64,000 nt of DNA, from positions 11,036,001 through 11,100,000 of the forward strand of contig NC_135264.1 in NCBI RefSeq assembly GCF_964204865.1, in the 5' to 3' direction. The stretch is from Styela clava. Its lineage: Eukaryota. The notes beneath the pieces are model-generated. The model made no database searches and was not told the DNA's origin. It saw only the letters and a list, made by a program, of their open reading frames with translations. Shown in pieces: positions 1 through 11,794 of this stretch (its first letter is position 1; each line of letters begins with the position of its first letter). The translations under genes and the position numbers were made by a program.

Positions 1-38
1 TTTTGTTAATTTTGAATCCACTTTTTTCCATTTTTTAG

Positions 39-1514
39 CGCATTGCCGTAAACAAAGACAAAGTATGTGATTTACAATTAGACTGCTTGGATCAATCAGA
101 TGAAAAAAGCTGCAATGATTCGACTCATTTTTATTGCAAAAGCGGAAGCCCTCTCTTTGTTCCATTCTCATCAGTAATGAACGGCAAACAAGACTGCGAA
201 GACAACACCGACGAATGTCCAGACAACTGGAATGACCTAAACCCGTTATCTTCGCCAGAAGAAATGATTAGACTTTCGTTTCTCCGTTATTTCATCTGGT
301 TTATGTCATGTATCGCAATTCTAGGAAACCTCGCCGTTATTATAGAAACTTGTTACTCTGAATTTGGCTCACAGTCTAGTGCGCAAAGCCCAATGAGTCG
401 ATGTAACAGAATACTGATAATAAACCTGGCAATATCTGATTTCCTCATGGGGGTCACCTTGCTTATAATTGGAATTAAGTCAGCTTCAATGTCCGGCGAA
501 TACTGTTTAAAGGACAAACAATGGAGGATCAGTGGTTCTTGTAACGCAATCGGAGTTATGACAGTATTATCCAGTGAAACATCCGTGTTTTCTCTGGTTG
601 TCTTGACCATGTATCGCTTTTATGGGATTCATAGACCGTTTCAAAGCAGGAATGTAAAACCAAAATGGGCTATCGTTGCAGTGATTATAACGTGGACCTT
701 GTCCTTTATTCTAGCTGCGTTGCCTCTGATTCCTTCAATTAATCAAACTATGGTACCAGAGGCACTCACACAGCCATCAATGTACTTTGAAAACACTGTC
801 GTATCATGGGATGACTACAGAATGTTTGCAGAACGAATTGCTGTTCTTGGACGCCGTGTAAATAAAATATCAACGAACTTTGAAACTTGGAAGAATGCAC
901 GTAATATGTTAGAAAGTATTTACAAGGACTTTGCTCCGAGTGTACTCGGTTACTTCGGCTTCTACAGCGCCGATGGAGTCTGTATTCCAAGATTATTCAG
1001 AATAAGCGGAAGACCGTCTCTCCACGCGTTGTCTTTGTTTATAATAAGTCTGAATTTTTGTATCCTGCTGTTTATCATCATTGCTTATTGTAAAATATAC
1101 CATAAGTCAACGCATAGAAAAGTCAAGGGCAGTGCAACAAAGCACGATAACCGGAGTAGAGTAATGCAGAGAAAAATCACAATTCTAATTGCGACGGATC
1201 TGTGCTGTTGGCTTCCGATTTGCATCATGTCTATAGCAAGTCAAGTTGGAACGAACTTCTCGGGAGACGCATATGCCGTTGCTGCGATTCTTCTGTTACC
1301 AATCAACAGTTCACTAAATCCTATTATATACTCAAGTGGTTTTGCCGTTGCCCGAGCAGCTCTTTCTCACAAAACTGTAGCAATTCAAGCTTCTATCAGA
1401 CGCCGTATAACGCGAAAGCCTGATCCGGAATTCGAGCAAAATAACATCGCAATGCATGATAGTGGGAAAACAGGCGTGCAAACGCTGTCTCCAACATCAG
1501 TACTCAATTCTTAG
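39..1514 (+). CDS. Terminal exon of LDLa-repeat GPCR (GRL101/RXFP-like 7TM), copy 1; upstream exons lie outside the window
   Basis: Acceptor ttttttAG at 37-38 opens the frame RIAVNKDKVCDLQLDCLDQSDE. Two LDLa modules precede seven hydrophobic helices with LGR/RXFP-type motifs (GNLAVI, NLAISDFLMG, FYSADGVCIP, CCWLPI, PINSSLNPIIY). Nearly identical to 25638-27113. Confidence 0.93.
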   Translation, partial: RIAVNKDKVCDLQLDCLDQSDEKSCNDSTHFYCKSGSPLFVPFSSVMNGKQDCEDNTDECPDNWNDLNPLSSPEEMIRLSFLRYFIWFMSCIAILGNLAVIIETCYSEFGSQSSAQSPMSRCNRILIINLAISDFLMGVTLLIIGIKSASMSGEYCLKDKQWRISGSCNAIGVMTVLSSETSVFSLVVLTMYRFYGIHRPFQSRNVKPKWAIVAVIITWTLSFILAALPLIPSINQTMVPEALTQPSMYFENTVVSWDDYRMFAERIAVLGRRVNKISTNFETWKNARNMLESIYKDFAPSVLGYFGFYSADGVCIPRLFRISGRPSLHALSLFIISLNFCILLFIIIAYCKIYHKSTHRKVKGSATKHDNRSRVMQRKITILIATDLCCWLPICIMSIASQVGTNFSGDAYAVAAILLLPINSSLNPIIYSSGFAVARAALSHKTVAIQASIRRRITRKPDPEFEQNNIAMHDSGKTGVQTLSPTSVLNS

Positions 1515-2456
1515 ACGCCATCCAACCCAACGTCTCTACAGTTAGAGGACACGAAAAGAACTCAATAAATTGATTGATTTGCTAAGTTATCGGAATTATT
1601 GTTGTAAATAATCACTCTTCTCCGGCTGGGCCAGTATAGGAGAACTGCATTTTATCATAAGTAATGTCATTTATATGTGTATGTTCGAAATACAAATTGT
1701 GGGTATAATACCATCGTAACTGCACTAACACATTAACTGTTTATTTCTTTTTGGGTTTGGATTTGGAATCGGTTTTCATTGCAGATTCGTTTTATTTTGG
1801 AAATCATGATGCTCATTATCAAAAGTTTGGTATCTACATCTGTTCCCGCGTGCCGGTTTTGTTCGGATCCTCATAGCCTGATGATGCTTCCCCGAGCCAT
1901 GCCTATGACATCAGGAAAAATATTTCCTGTGCGTTACCCTTGTAAGATTCTTGATGCCTACTTTGGAACTGTTAGGCTTTGAAAATCACATAAATTGCCA
2001 TGTTCGTCTGAGGTCATTGTTGCTTCAGATTTCTTACCGTAGCTGAATTTCCCTCGAAGCCTTTTTTGGAGTCTCTTTTATCGTTCATTAGATATACGTG
2101 TTCTGGCATCATCGATCGATGCATCCTAACTATGAATAGGTATTTAACAAAGGATGTCTACTTGGTAACTCATTACGGTACCGATAGGCCGTGAAACGAG
2201 GCCCTTAAAAACGCCTTGAAAGTGAGTTTCGTAGCGCACATCTGGGAACTATATAAATTCTTTAGTTTTGTATGAAAATGAATATACTAAACGAATTACA
2301 GCTTGTTACCACTAAAGAAAGTTCATCAAAAATCCTAATGCAAAAATTGGATTTATGTGGATTCTCCGAATATCAATAACCATAAGTTTACAACGACACG
2401 GTATGTAAATGTTGCATTCATTTGATAGTCGCCATCAAACGCATCAATTTTATGCG

Positions 2457-5400
2457 ATGAAGTCACAAACTAACATCGTGAGCACAAAAACACAAGTAAA
2501 TCAGTTGAAATTCTGATGCAAAAATGCATATGAGGGGATTCCCATAAAATCAATATCCATGGGTTTACCTCAACACAGCATAAGAACTATTCAATTCAAG
2601 AGTCCTGCTGCGCACTAACACAAATGTATTTCTGATATATCTGATCTGTCGGATATAAACAGTCTTAAAACAAGACAGAAAATCTCCAAAATAGTTGAAA
2701 ATGTACACACAGTCCGCAAAATGCCTTCAAGAGACCTGAAAATTGAATGCAAAATATTGCAAGAATTATATTGCAATGTGCTCAATGGACCCAAAAAATG
2801 TACTGGCGTTGTTAAAAACATGTATATTGACATCAGTATAGAAGAACTAAAAGCCGAATGGAAAAGCAGTGGTGTTTCACAAGTCCGCCGCATCATGAGA
2901 ACATCGAGCTCCAATAGTGAAAAAACCCAACAAAAACCGTGCTTTCGACTCAGCACCTTTACCATCATACATCTATCTGGGTTATAAACGGTTCCCAGTG
3001 GAACAATACATCAAAAGATGCTACAATTGTCAACGGTTTCGACACATTGCCAAATTTTGCAAGGCTACACAACGTTGTGCCAACTGTGGATTGAACCACT
3101 CTACAACTCAATGTAAGTCAACCACTAAGTGTTATAGATGCCAAGGCAATCATAGTGCTGCAAGCCCCCAATATAAACGTCAGAAAAATATTCAAATGAA
3201 ACAACATGTATCATATGCAGATGCTGCTCGTGTGGTTGATGCCCGGCAGCTCAAAAGGACTGACAATATGAGAAACAGTCAGCCTCAACAGTTGAGTGGT
3301 GCACCATCAACATCAACAATTGTAAGAGAACCTACCTAAAAGAGATACCGGTAATCAAACAAAATTAAAGAATATTATATATCACCCTCAGCCCACAGAA
3401 CAATCTGTACCTACACCTATTATAATGGATACCATGGTTTTCATTGGTTTCATTTTAGATATATTAAAAAAAGTTATGACATTGAAGGACCTTCAGAAGA
3501 GGAGATAGTAACAATCATCACCAGTGCAACAGAATCCAGATTCCACATCGACATCACTACTGATGACCTCAAATCTTCGCCTAAAACAAGAAATATAGAA
3601 TATATGGAAAACTCTGTAGAAATGACAGAATCAGTACAAGCAATAGATACACAAATGGCAATAAATCATTCATAGGCTTTTCAATACTGCAATGAAATTG
3701 CCGCAGCGTTAGAAACAAGGACTTGGACTTGGTCCATCTTATATACCATATGGCAGAAACACCAGACATTATACGCTTACAAGAAACATGGCTGAATTTA
3801 AATGACACATTCGAAATACCTGGATGCAAAATATATAGAAAGGATAGAACAAGAAGAAGAGGAGGTGGTTGTCTCATAGCAAAAAAAAAATACAAGCAGT
3901 GGAAATAGATGGGATAAATATAGTGAACGTATATATCTCTGGAATAAACTTAACAAAGGACAACCTTGACCAAATACTTAATTGCTTTGGGAGGAGAACC
4001 GTAATATTTGGTGATTTGAATGCCCAAAACACTATCTGGTATTGCTCACAAACGAACTCTTAGAGGTCTGGAAGTACAATCATTCATTGAGCAAAATAAT
4101 CTTGTTTTGCTAAACGATGACTCTCCAACTAGAGAAGCCAGAGGACACCAGGTATCAATCATTGATCTTTGTATAACTACAAATGATATTGCCCATACAT
4201 GTACTATGGAAACACTACAAGAAAATCTGAACAGTGACCACAGTCCCAGTGAAAAGACACATAAGAAATCCCATACCATGGCGGAATTCGACTTGTGGTT
4301 AGGCTGTAAAACAAAAAACAAGCATATAGAAGAGCCAAGAGAACATGTTTACCACAGGATCTCATTAATTATAAAAAAGTTCGAGGCTTTGCCATAAGAA
4401 TTATATTGCACCAAAAAAGACAATACTGGACAAACAAACAACTTCTTTGGGACTCTGAAACAAATCCTAAAGAGGTCTGGAATGCTATAAATAGTATGAA
4501 AGGAAATACAAAAACCAAAAATTATTAATCAATGATCGGACGACATAGACGGATAACATAGAAAAAGCAAACATCTTTGCCCAATCATTTGTAGATATTG
4601 TATGCAAAAACAATACAGGAGAGACTTTTACTATGAACAAAATGATTCGGGAAAACTACTACCAAAATGTTGAACAAAATATATTGTAACAAGAAGCTCA
4701 GCCACAAAGATGATACAACATACGTATACCATTATTCGAATTGGACCGGGCGCTTAAAGAAACAAGAAATACAACACCAGGTCTGGACAAAATCACACAG
4801 CATATGATAAAACATCTCCCTGGTCCAAGTAAAGGGATTTTATTGCATCTCTACAATACAATTTGGGAAATAGGTCAAATGCCTGAATCATAGAAGCATT
4901 CAATAATGATACCGATTTTGAAATGTTTATGCAAAATATTGGAAAAGATTATTGTAAAACGACTATGGACCTATTTGGAAGTTACCTGGAAACTAAACTC
5001 AGTGCAAAGCGCATTTAGGAAACAAAGGTCAGCTTTGGATACTTTTATATGCCTGCAAGATGACATTCTCAAAGCATTACAAACCAGACAAGTAACATTA
5101 GCCATATTCTTAGACTTTCACAAAGCTTATGACACAGTTTGTGACAGTGGATTGTTGGGCAAAGTAGCAGATTTGGGGGTGGAAGGACATATGCTTAAAT
5201 TTCTTGAAAATTATCTACGAAATAGATCATTTAGCGCCAAAGTGGGAAATGGAATATCGCAAACCCACCGTACCATACGCAGATTGCCTCAAGGTTCAAG
5301 CTTATCTCATGTTCTATTCAATATAATGGTGAATGATCTTCCATCAATTGTAGATAATGCAAACTCAGGCCAATTTGCAGATGATTTTGCTATATATAAA

Positions 5401-6156
5401 ACCGAAAGGAATGTGAAATCCCTAGAAAGAAGAATGCAAATAAATTTGGACAAAATAAATGGATGGTGAGAAATATGGGGAATGGCTCTATCTGTCACAA
5501 AATGCAAAACAATGCTATTCAGCAGAAGAAGACATAATTCCAACATCAACCTCAAAATATCAGAACAATTTATACCAATAGTTAAGAAGACAAAATATTT
5601 CGGTGTCATTTTGGATAAAAAACTAAATTGGAAAAACCATGTGGAATACATGATAACAAAAGTTAAACAACGATTGAATATTCTTAGATATATCAGTGGA
5701 AACAAATGGGGATCAAGACTGCATATAATGGTTCTTCTTTATAGATCACTAATTCGCTCAGTATTTGATTATGCAGGCCAGCTATATTGTTCTGCATCTA
5801 GGACACAATTGACAAAACTAGATACTATTCAGAATGATGCATTGCGTATTTGTCTTGGAGCTATGAAAAGCACACCGATTGATGCAGTACTACATGCTAG
5901 CTCAGAAATACTACTTACCATACGAAGAAAACAGATCTGCCTGAATTATAGGAGAAAAATTTCAAACTCACCTCATCTCATTTCCGCAAAAGTTCTCTAT
6001 CAGACCTGGCACGAGGAATATGTAGAACATCAATTCACTTCGTTCGATAAAATCACAAGAGAAGAATATCGATTGGCAACAACTGAATCTGAAACGAAAA
6101 AAGACATTGAGAAATATACCAACGTTCAGACGTTAGACCTAAATTATTCAAGTTAG
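2457..6156 (+). mobile_element. Decayed non-LTR retrotransposon (LINE, I/Jockey-group-like): ORF1 gag plus ORF2 AP endonuclease/reverse transcriptase
   Basis: ORF1 fragments carry CCHC knuckles (CYNCQRFRHIAKFC, CANCGLNHSTTQC). ORF2 from about 3654 has endonuclease motifs (QETWL, GGG, GDLNA, IDL, SDH) and RT motifs (QSAFRK, FLDFHKAYDTV, PQGSSLS, FADD). Many stops and frameshifts. Ends are approximate and no TSD was found. Confidence 0.92.
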
Positions 6157-7580
6157 CCAGAACTGGAAATTAACACAGTTTTAATTTTTATCATGTCAAT
6201 GCTGTAAACATTGTCTCAATAGAGCACATCATAAAGATTATTAAACGATCCATAATTTATTGATTTGTTACCGTATTGCCGTACGGTAATTACCTGCCTA
6301 TGTACTGTACGGTAGCTAGTCCAATACCGGTAGTTCAGTCAGTCAGTAGTTATACACACCCAGACACCCTACAGTCCTATCTCAATACGGTACTTTAACA
6401 TAGGCTATGTAGTTTCTACAATTTTCAATTGAGTAAATATTGTGCTATCAATCTGTATGTTACCGGTAATTCCAAATGAGACCAAAATATTTTCACTCAG
6501 CATTACGATACCGTTACTTAAAGTGAATATAAACCAAGTAGAGGCATCGAGTGCAATGATGCATATCGGACGCCATTATGTGTCGGGCGAATCGCGGGAA
6601 CGCGGCAGCCTCGGTTTGTTCTAGCTTCGCTTCGTCAGTCTGCTAATCAGGTTTCGTTTATCAATTTGTTTGGAGATTGGTTATAGTCCGGCAGATAAGG
6701 GGACCTTTTTAGCCCAAGTTTGATTTCAGAAATAAATATTTTTTATTTGTGATTATTCATCTTGGGGTCATTGCTCATCATTTCTACATGGGTGTGGAGT
6801 TTACAGCCTTGAGCTCTATATTTGTATTAGTGTTTTTCGTCAAACCTGTGCATCATAATGACGCACAACCTGAACCATAACCTGTTATAATACTATGTTC
6901 AGGTTGTGCGCAATCTTGGTGCACAAACTACGCAAGAACCAAATTTACTGGGAAATAAAATCAATACCTTTTAGGTATTTGTTAAGCCCAGCTTTGGGTC
7001 GCGACCCATATACAGTATATGGAAATACTGTCGAAACATACGCGTAAAATGAAGAGTACTATTTCAAAATACCCGTTTTTGTTGCAATTAACAATACAAG
7101 CCTGCTAATGCAGTCGCCAGTGGTTCAAGTGGATATACACCCGGTGGAGAACAGTCAATTAATTGTTAGCGAGAATTGTTATGCAGCGGGATGATCACGA
7201 CGACGCAGTGAAAGATAATGATATCACGAGAACAAGAATGAGATAATTGCTACATTTTATAGTATATCCCTGGGAAAGAATGTATTTCATTCTTATGTTC
7301 CATGCCAATGCTTTTCAAACTACCAAAAACTCTCAACACTTTTGCTTCTTCTTTTCTATAAAAATACATTGTTATTATATATTCGCATTTCCATCTGTTT
7401 GTTTCCATCGTGCTCCCAGATAACCGATCAGCGGCCTCCAAGAAGGACGGGGTCCGCTTTTAAGAAACCCTGTCATAAACTAGAAGAGGCGACCGTGCTT
7501 CTCTTGCCTGTTATCACGCTGTCCCTGGAATTCAGCTACAACAAAAATTTCACAAAAACGGATTTTTGAATTTTATGATT

Positions 7581-7891
7581 TTATTACTTATCGATTTTAA
7601 TCGGTAAGTATGTTGATAGGTAGATAGATAGATAGGTTGATAGGTCTGTCTGTCTGTTAGATGCACGCGATATCTCACGAAAGCGAGATTGAATCTGCTC
7701 CAGATTTTGCATGTGCATTCATCATATGTCGTACCAGAAGCCTATTGATTTTGGACGAATTATGTATAATTAGCGAGTTGTTAATTAATTAGTGATGGGA
7801 CACAAGGTGTCACTATGGAGCAAGAGCGCTGTTTTGCGGGAACCCCTAACTTTCGATCGATAAGTCTTCGGTCTCCGACCGATATTCTCGT
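7581..7891 (+). mobile_element. Helentron-associated (HINE/DINE-1-like) non-autonomous element
   Basis: Subterminal inverted repeat ACTTATCGAT (7586) / ATCGATAAGT (7856), (GATA)n and (GTCT)n microsatellite, and a 3' hairpin TCGGTC-tcc-GACCGA. A second copy lies at 39961-40262. Confidence 0.7.
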
Positions 7892-8337
7892 CAATATTCT
7901 CAACAATGAATGATATATGCGTGTTAAAATGCCAAGTTATTCCAACAACATGATCATGTTTTGCATTTTACAACCAATATTTTGTATGTAACTTTGTTTG
8001 ACAGAGCCCCAAGAGCTCTGACTACAAATATCAATTCAGCAATATCTACTTGGTGATATGCATCTGTTGATGATTTTATGTGTTTGTTTCGGAAGTTTAA
8101 TAACAGAATTAATTGTGGTTGTTGCGGATGTTTTAAAAAAAGGTTGCATGGAAAAAAAAATTTCACAAAATGTCAAGGTTTGATAGTAGTAGAGAAGTAG
8201 AAAATTTTTTTTTTCATTTGATAACCACGCCACAGAACATCAGTTTGATCGTAGTGATCGTCAAGTGCAGAAGAATGCCAAAATATTTCAATATGAATAG
8301 CCCATCGCAGTTTGCAACGCGTGTGATTCTCATATAC

Positions 8338-8870
8338 CTTGACGATTTTCTTTGAGACTTCTTCTTCGATCTATTTTATTCTTACAGGTATAGCGCTGAT
8401 AGCAGCAGCGATGATAGCCTGCGGTAGGTTGGATTGATGGAACATTGCCGTTTTCTGATGTAGTACAGTATCTAAAATGGGGAAGAAAATCATATTTTGA
8501 ACAACATGAGTATTTTTCGACAAATAAAAATATCACTGAATACTGACTAATACTTCTCATACATAAAGCATTTTATGCACTACAGTTCTGCAGTGTTTGC
8601 ATACTAGACTATATTTACAATGAATCTAACTAAATCACACAATCTGAAATGCCCTGTATATTCTGAAACACCAACTGTCAGCCTATCACTTGATACATGA
8701 TCTCTCTCACCTCTCAATCGCTTCATTTATTTCAACTCCCGCATAACTTATCATTGCTGCCCAGGTCCTTGGTGACTCTGTGAATTTAGAGTAGACCAAC
8801 TGACATCAGTAAAATTGGTTACTTTCCACTCTTTCACACAAACGTGCATTACACAAACGGCCACTATTTT
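8338..8870 (-). pseudogene. Two exons of a decayed spliced gene with a C-x-x-H ... YHxxCY motif
   Basis: Exon 8870-8711 reads KIVAVCVMHVCVKEWKVTNFTDVSWS, then a frameshift, then KFTESPRTWAAM. Exon 8471-8338 reads YCTTSENGNVPSIQPTAGYHRCCYQRYTCKNKIDRRR. Ends are GT-AG and the phase-2 junction is compatible. Confidence 0.5.
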
Positions 8871-9350
8871 CTGAATCAAACATGCTGTGGGCGTAGCCTA
8901 CATAGTAGTATAAGTCTGCTGAATAGTCAAGAATCGTCATTAAATTAATTATAAACTTTCCATACAATCATGAAAATATCGTTGTTTTTGACATATCTTT
9001 CTAGGTCTAGCCCTCTTTGGAGTTACCGAACCGTACCTATATAACAACGTTTTATGAGCTAGTGCTCAGCTAAAATTGCTATCCATGGTAAAGATATGCA
9101 AGTGTTTAATAGCTAACTTTTACTTCTTAACACCATCTTAGAATAACTTAAGTAATAATAACTGAAAGAGACTATAAAAAGGCTACTAAACTCGAACCCA
9201 AAAGCGAGCAGTACATCTGAGATTCATCCGACGACAAGAATCCACTACAGCAGATCAAAGTTTAATTGTTACGTTATTACTGAGTGGAATTGAAACCACA
9301 CCTTCGATTTAACTCCCTGCCTTACACCAGGGACGGCCAACGCGTCGATC
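8501..9350. repeat. Segment duplicated at about 28056-29180 (part of the GPCR-UNC93 duplication unit)
   Basis: Long colinear matches, e.g. ACTGAATACTGACTAATACTTCTCATACATAA and GACTCTGTGAATTTAGAGTAGACCAACTGACATCAG, occur in both places. Confidence 0.9.
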
Positions 9351-11606
9351 GCGTCTAATGTTGAGATAATTTGACACATACCTCAAAAAATTGCTTTGAA
9401 CCAGTTTCATGGAAGGCCTTCTGAGGAATTTTCAACACTTACAACTAAAAATTAGGCAGAGCCTGAATCAGAATTGTATGATTTAAATAAATCTTTTGGT
9501 AGCAGAAAAATCGTTGGCAATTTCGATATTTTTGGGACTGTATGTCTTCTCTTTTTACTTCAGACTTTCGTTTGAATTCATCGACGGGCCCTGCCTCCAC
9601 TCTGGAAGACGCAATAAAAACACGACCAGTGGTAGTTTTCAGCCTTATTTGTGTTCAGGCTAATTCCATTTTTGTGTACACATTTATTGTTCTGCTCGGT
9701 AATTAGTAGAGATTGGTTTAAGAGTGGGTTGCAATACTTTTATGGTGTTGTCAAAAATTCGGAGCAGAGAAAAACTGTGCCTTGCCAAGAACGTTGAATT
9801 AGCTTTTCTGTTTATCAGGGTGAACGATGCCGCACTCGGACTTTCAAAACAAGACTAAGTTTTAACTCTAGATTCGTTTTTAGACAGCTATTGTCTGCCC
9901 ATATAAATTCCAACAGTCAAAATGCTGAAATGGTCTGATTTTTAGGCTCAAAATCTTAGCTACATAAATATCCTTCTGAAAATTACGTGTTTTATCAAGA
10001 TCAGCGTCATCATTTTCATATTTGTAAGTCTCAATTGTCTCTTTATCTGAAAATGTGGCATTAGAAACACACGCTAACCCAATGCAATTTCTACATATTC
10101 GGCCTATTTGCAATTGTTCTGCTAGATCGCTGAAAATACAAATAGAAAATCTGAGACACTTCTTTATCATTCTAACCACGTATTTATGGTTAATATACCT
10201 CGATTTTATTTGGTTATAAACCTGAATCATATCACTTGTGCATACTTCATATCACGCCTCTTAATCTTCTGTTTACTACAAAATTATCGGGAGCCAAATT
10301 TTCTCCTACTTGGCAAATTCTCATATACTGCATCCTAATAAACCTGATTGTACTTTATACGACATAGGAAACTCATAATCTATGTTATCTGCTCAATAAG
10401 CCAACATAACTGGCGAAACTGAACGGACGAATCTTAGATAATTTAACTACCGAAATCACTTCTGAGGGAAAATGTTGCACTTATGCAACACTAATTTTAA
10501 CCACCCCTTCAAGAAACCACATAAACCGTTCGAGGTTGCAATCAGTTTGTAAAGCTTCTGTATAGAGTACACTATTCTTTTGCCCCGTGCACAGATATGA
10601 CGAATTAGGCGTATGTTAACTGGTATAGTTGCGCAAAATATGACCATGGTTCACCAGTCGGACACGAGCACCGGATACCGCATCTTGCAAAAGACGCTTG
10701 CAGCGTTATCAGGCTGCGGCAATGCAAAATAGCAGTTGCATCGAAACAAATAAGTACCGCTGTAGTGCGTTGAGTAGAAAAGGCATTCTGCGGCAGAAAA
10801 TGTAATCATGGCTAGTCTACAATATGTTGTTGCATACGTGTTATGCATTTCCGGAGAGGGTTATTATAGCAATTCCGTACGTATTCGTATTCAATCATAC
10901 ACTAGTGCAGGGATAGCAAACCTTTTCTGATGATTGGGTCAATAATTATATTTCGTGAAAAGAAGACTGTAAGTAATAGATGTTTAATCAATGTTTACAT
11001 CAAGGAGAAACTTATTCTGCGAGTATAATAATTCGTGGTTGGTAATGTGTAGTTTTGAGCTTTGTTGCCAGTAAGTGTATAAACAAGTACCGTGGCACTT
11101 CCCGTATCTTTCCCGTGTTTGGTTTTGTATTATTGCTTTAAATTATATTCTTACGTGTAAGATATTAATTTAAAGCACACCAGACGCTGTTTACCTTTGT
11201 TGTGGGCAAGAAAATACGTTCCCTTCCAGCAATATAGTATCGCATGGTTTGGACCACCCTGTGATAATGTATTCAGCATATTACTTCTTTGAACTCTGAT
11301 GTCTTTGAGCGAGTTACACCATCGATGACCTCACAATGAATAGAAAACTCATTGTCCCGCCACAGACGTTGCACGCTTGATTGGCCTTCTGAAAATTCAT
11401 ATTCTGGGGCGCATGAACAATGCTTCCATTTGGCGCACCCGCGTGCAATTGAAGCCTCGAATCTCGTAAAATTTAGTATTATACCGGGATATTTTAGGGT
11501 AAATATGTGTATACGTCCGTATTTATATACATTGTCAAAATACAATTTATATGATGTATTCGGACACATTTATAATTGGCTACAAGTGCGAACATATGCG
11601 TGGTAT

Positions 11607-11794
11607 GGTACCCCCGAAGTATGTGAACCAAGATGGCGGCCATAATTTTATTCCAATTTTCCTTATTTTAGTTTTATTATGAGTTCGGGTACTAGCCGTA
11701 GTATTTGTAACTGAAATTATGGTCTAACCCTAACCTGATACACATGCTACGTTCCAGTGTCCGCCATCTTGGTTCACATACTTCGGGAGTAACC
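11607..11794. mobile_element. MITE with ~33 bp TIRs and an internal CTAACCCTAACC motif
   Basis: TIR GGTACCCCCGAAGTATGTGAACCAAGATGGCGG versus the reverse complement GGTTACTCCCGAAGTATGTGAACCAAGATGGCGG. Flanked by direct repeat GTGGTAT (11600-11606 and 11795-11801). The internal core recurs at about 38500-38615 and 46966-47023. Confidence 0.85.

Noticed and set aside
353-990. Antisense ORFs inside the GPCR exon, repeated at 25952-26589
   Set aside because: Shadows of the coding strand. They recur only because the two copies are almost identical.
1878-1920. CTGATGA...GAAA in a hairpin
   Set aside because: The core bases pair with CATCAGG and the hammerhead topology is absent.
9500-10450. Minus-strand fragments with a possible hAT transposase flavour (ORF 9880-10230)
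   Set aside because: No unambiguous catalytic or dimerisation motif could be read, and element ends could not be paired.
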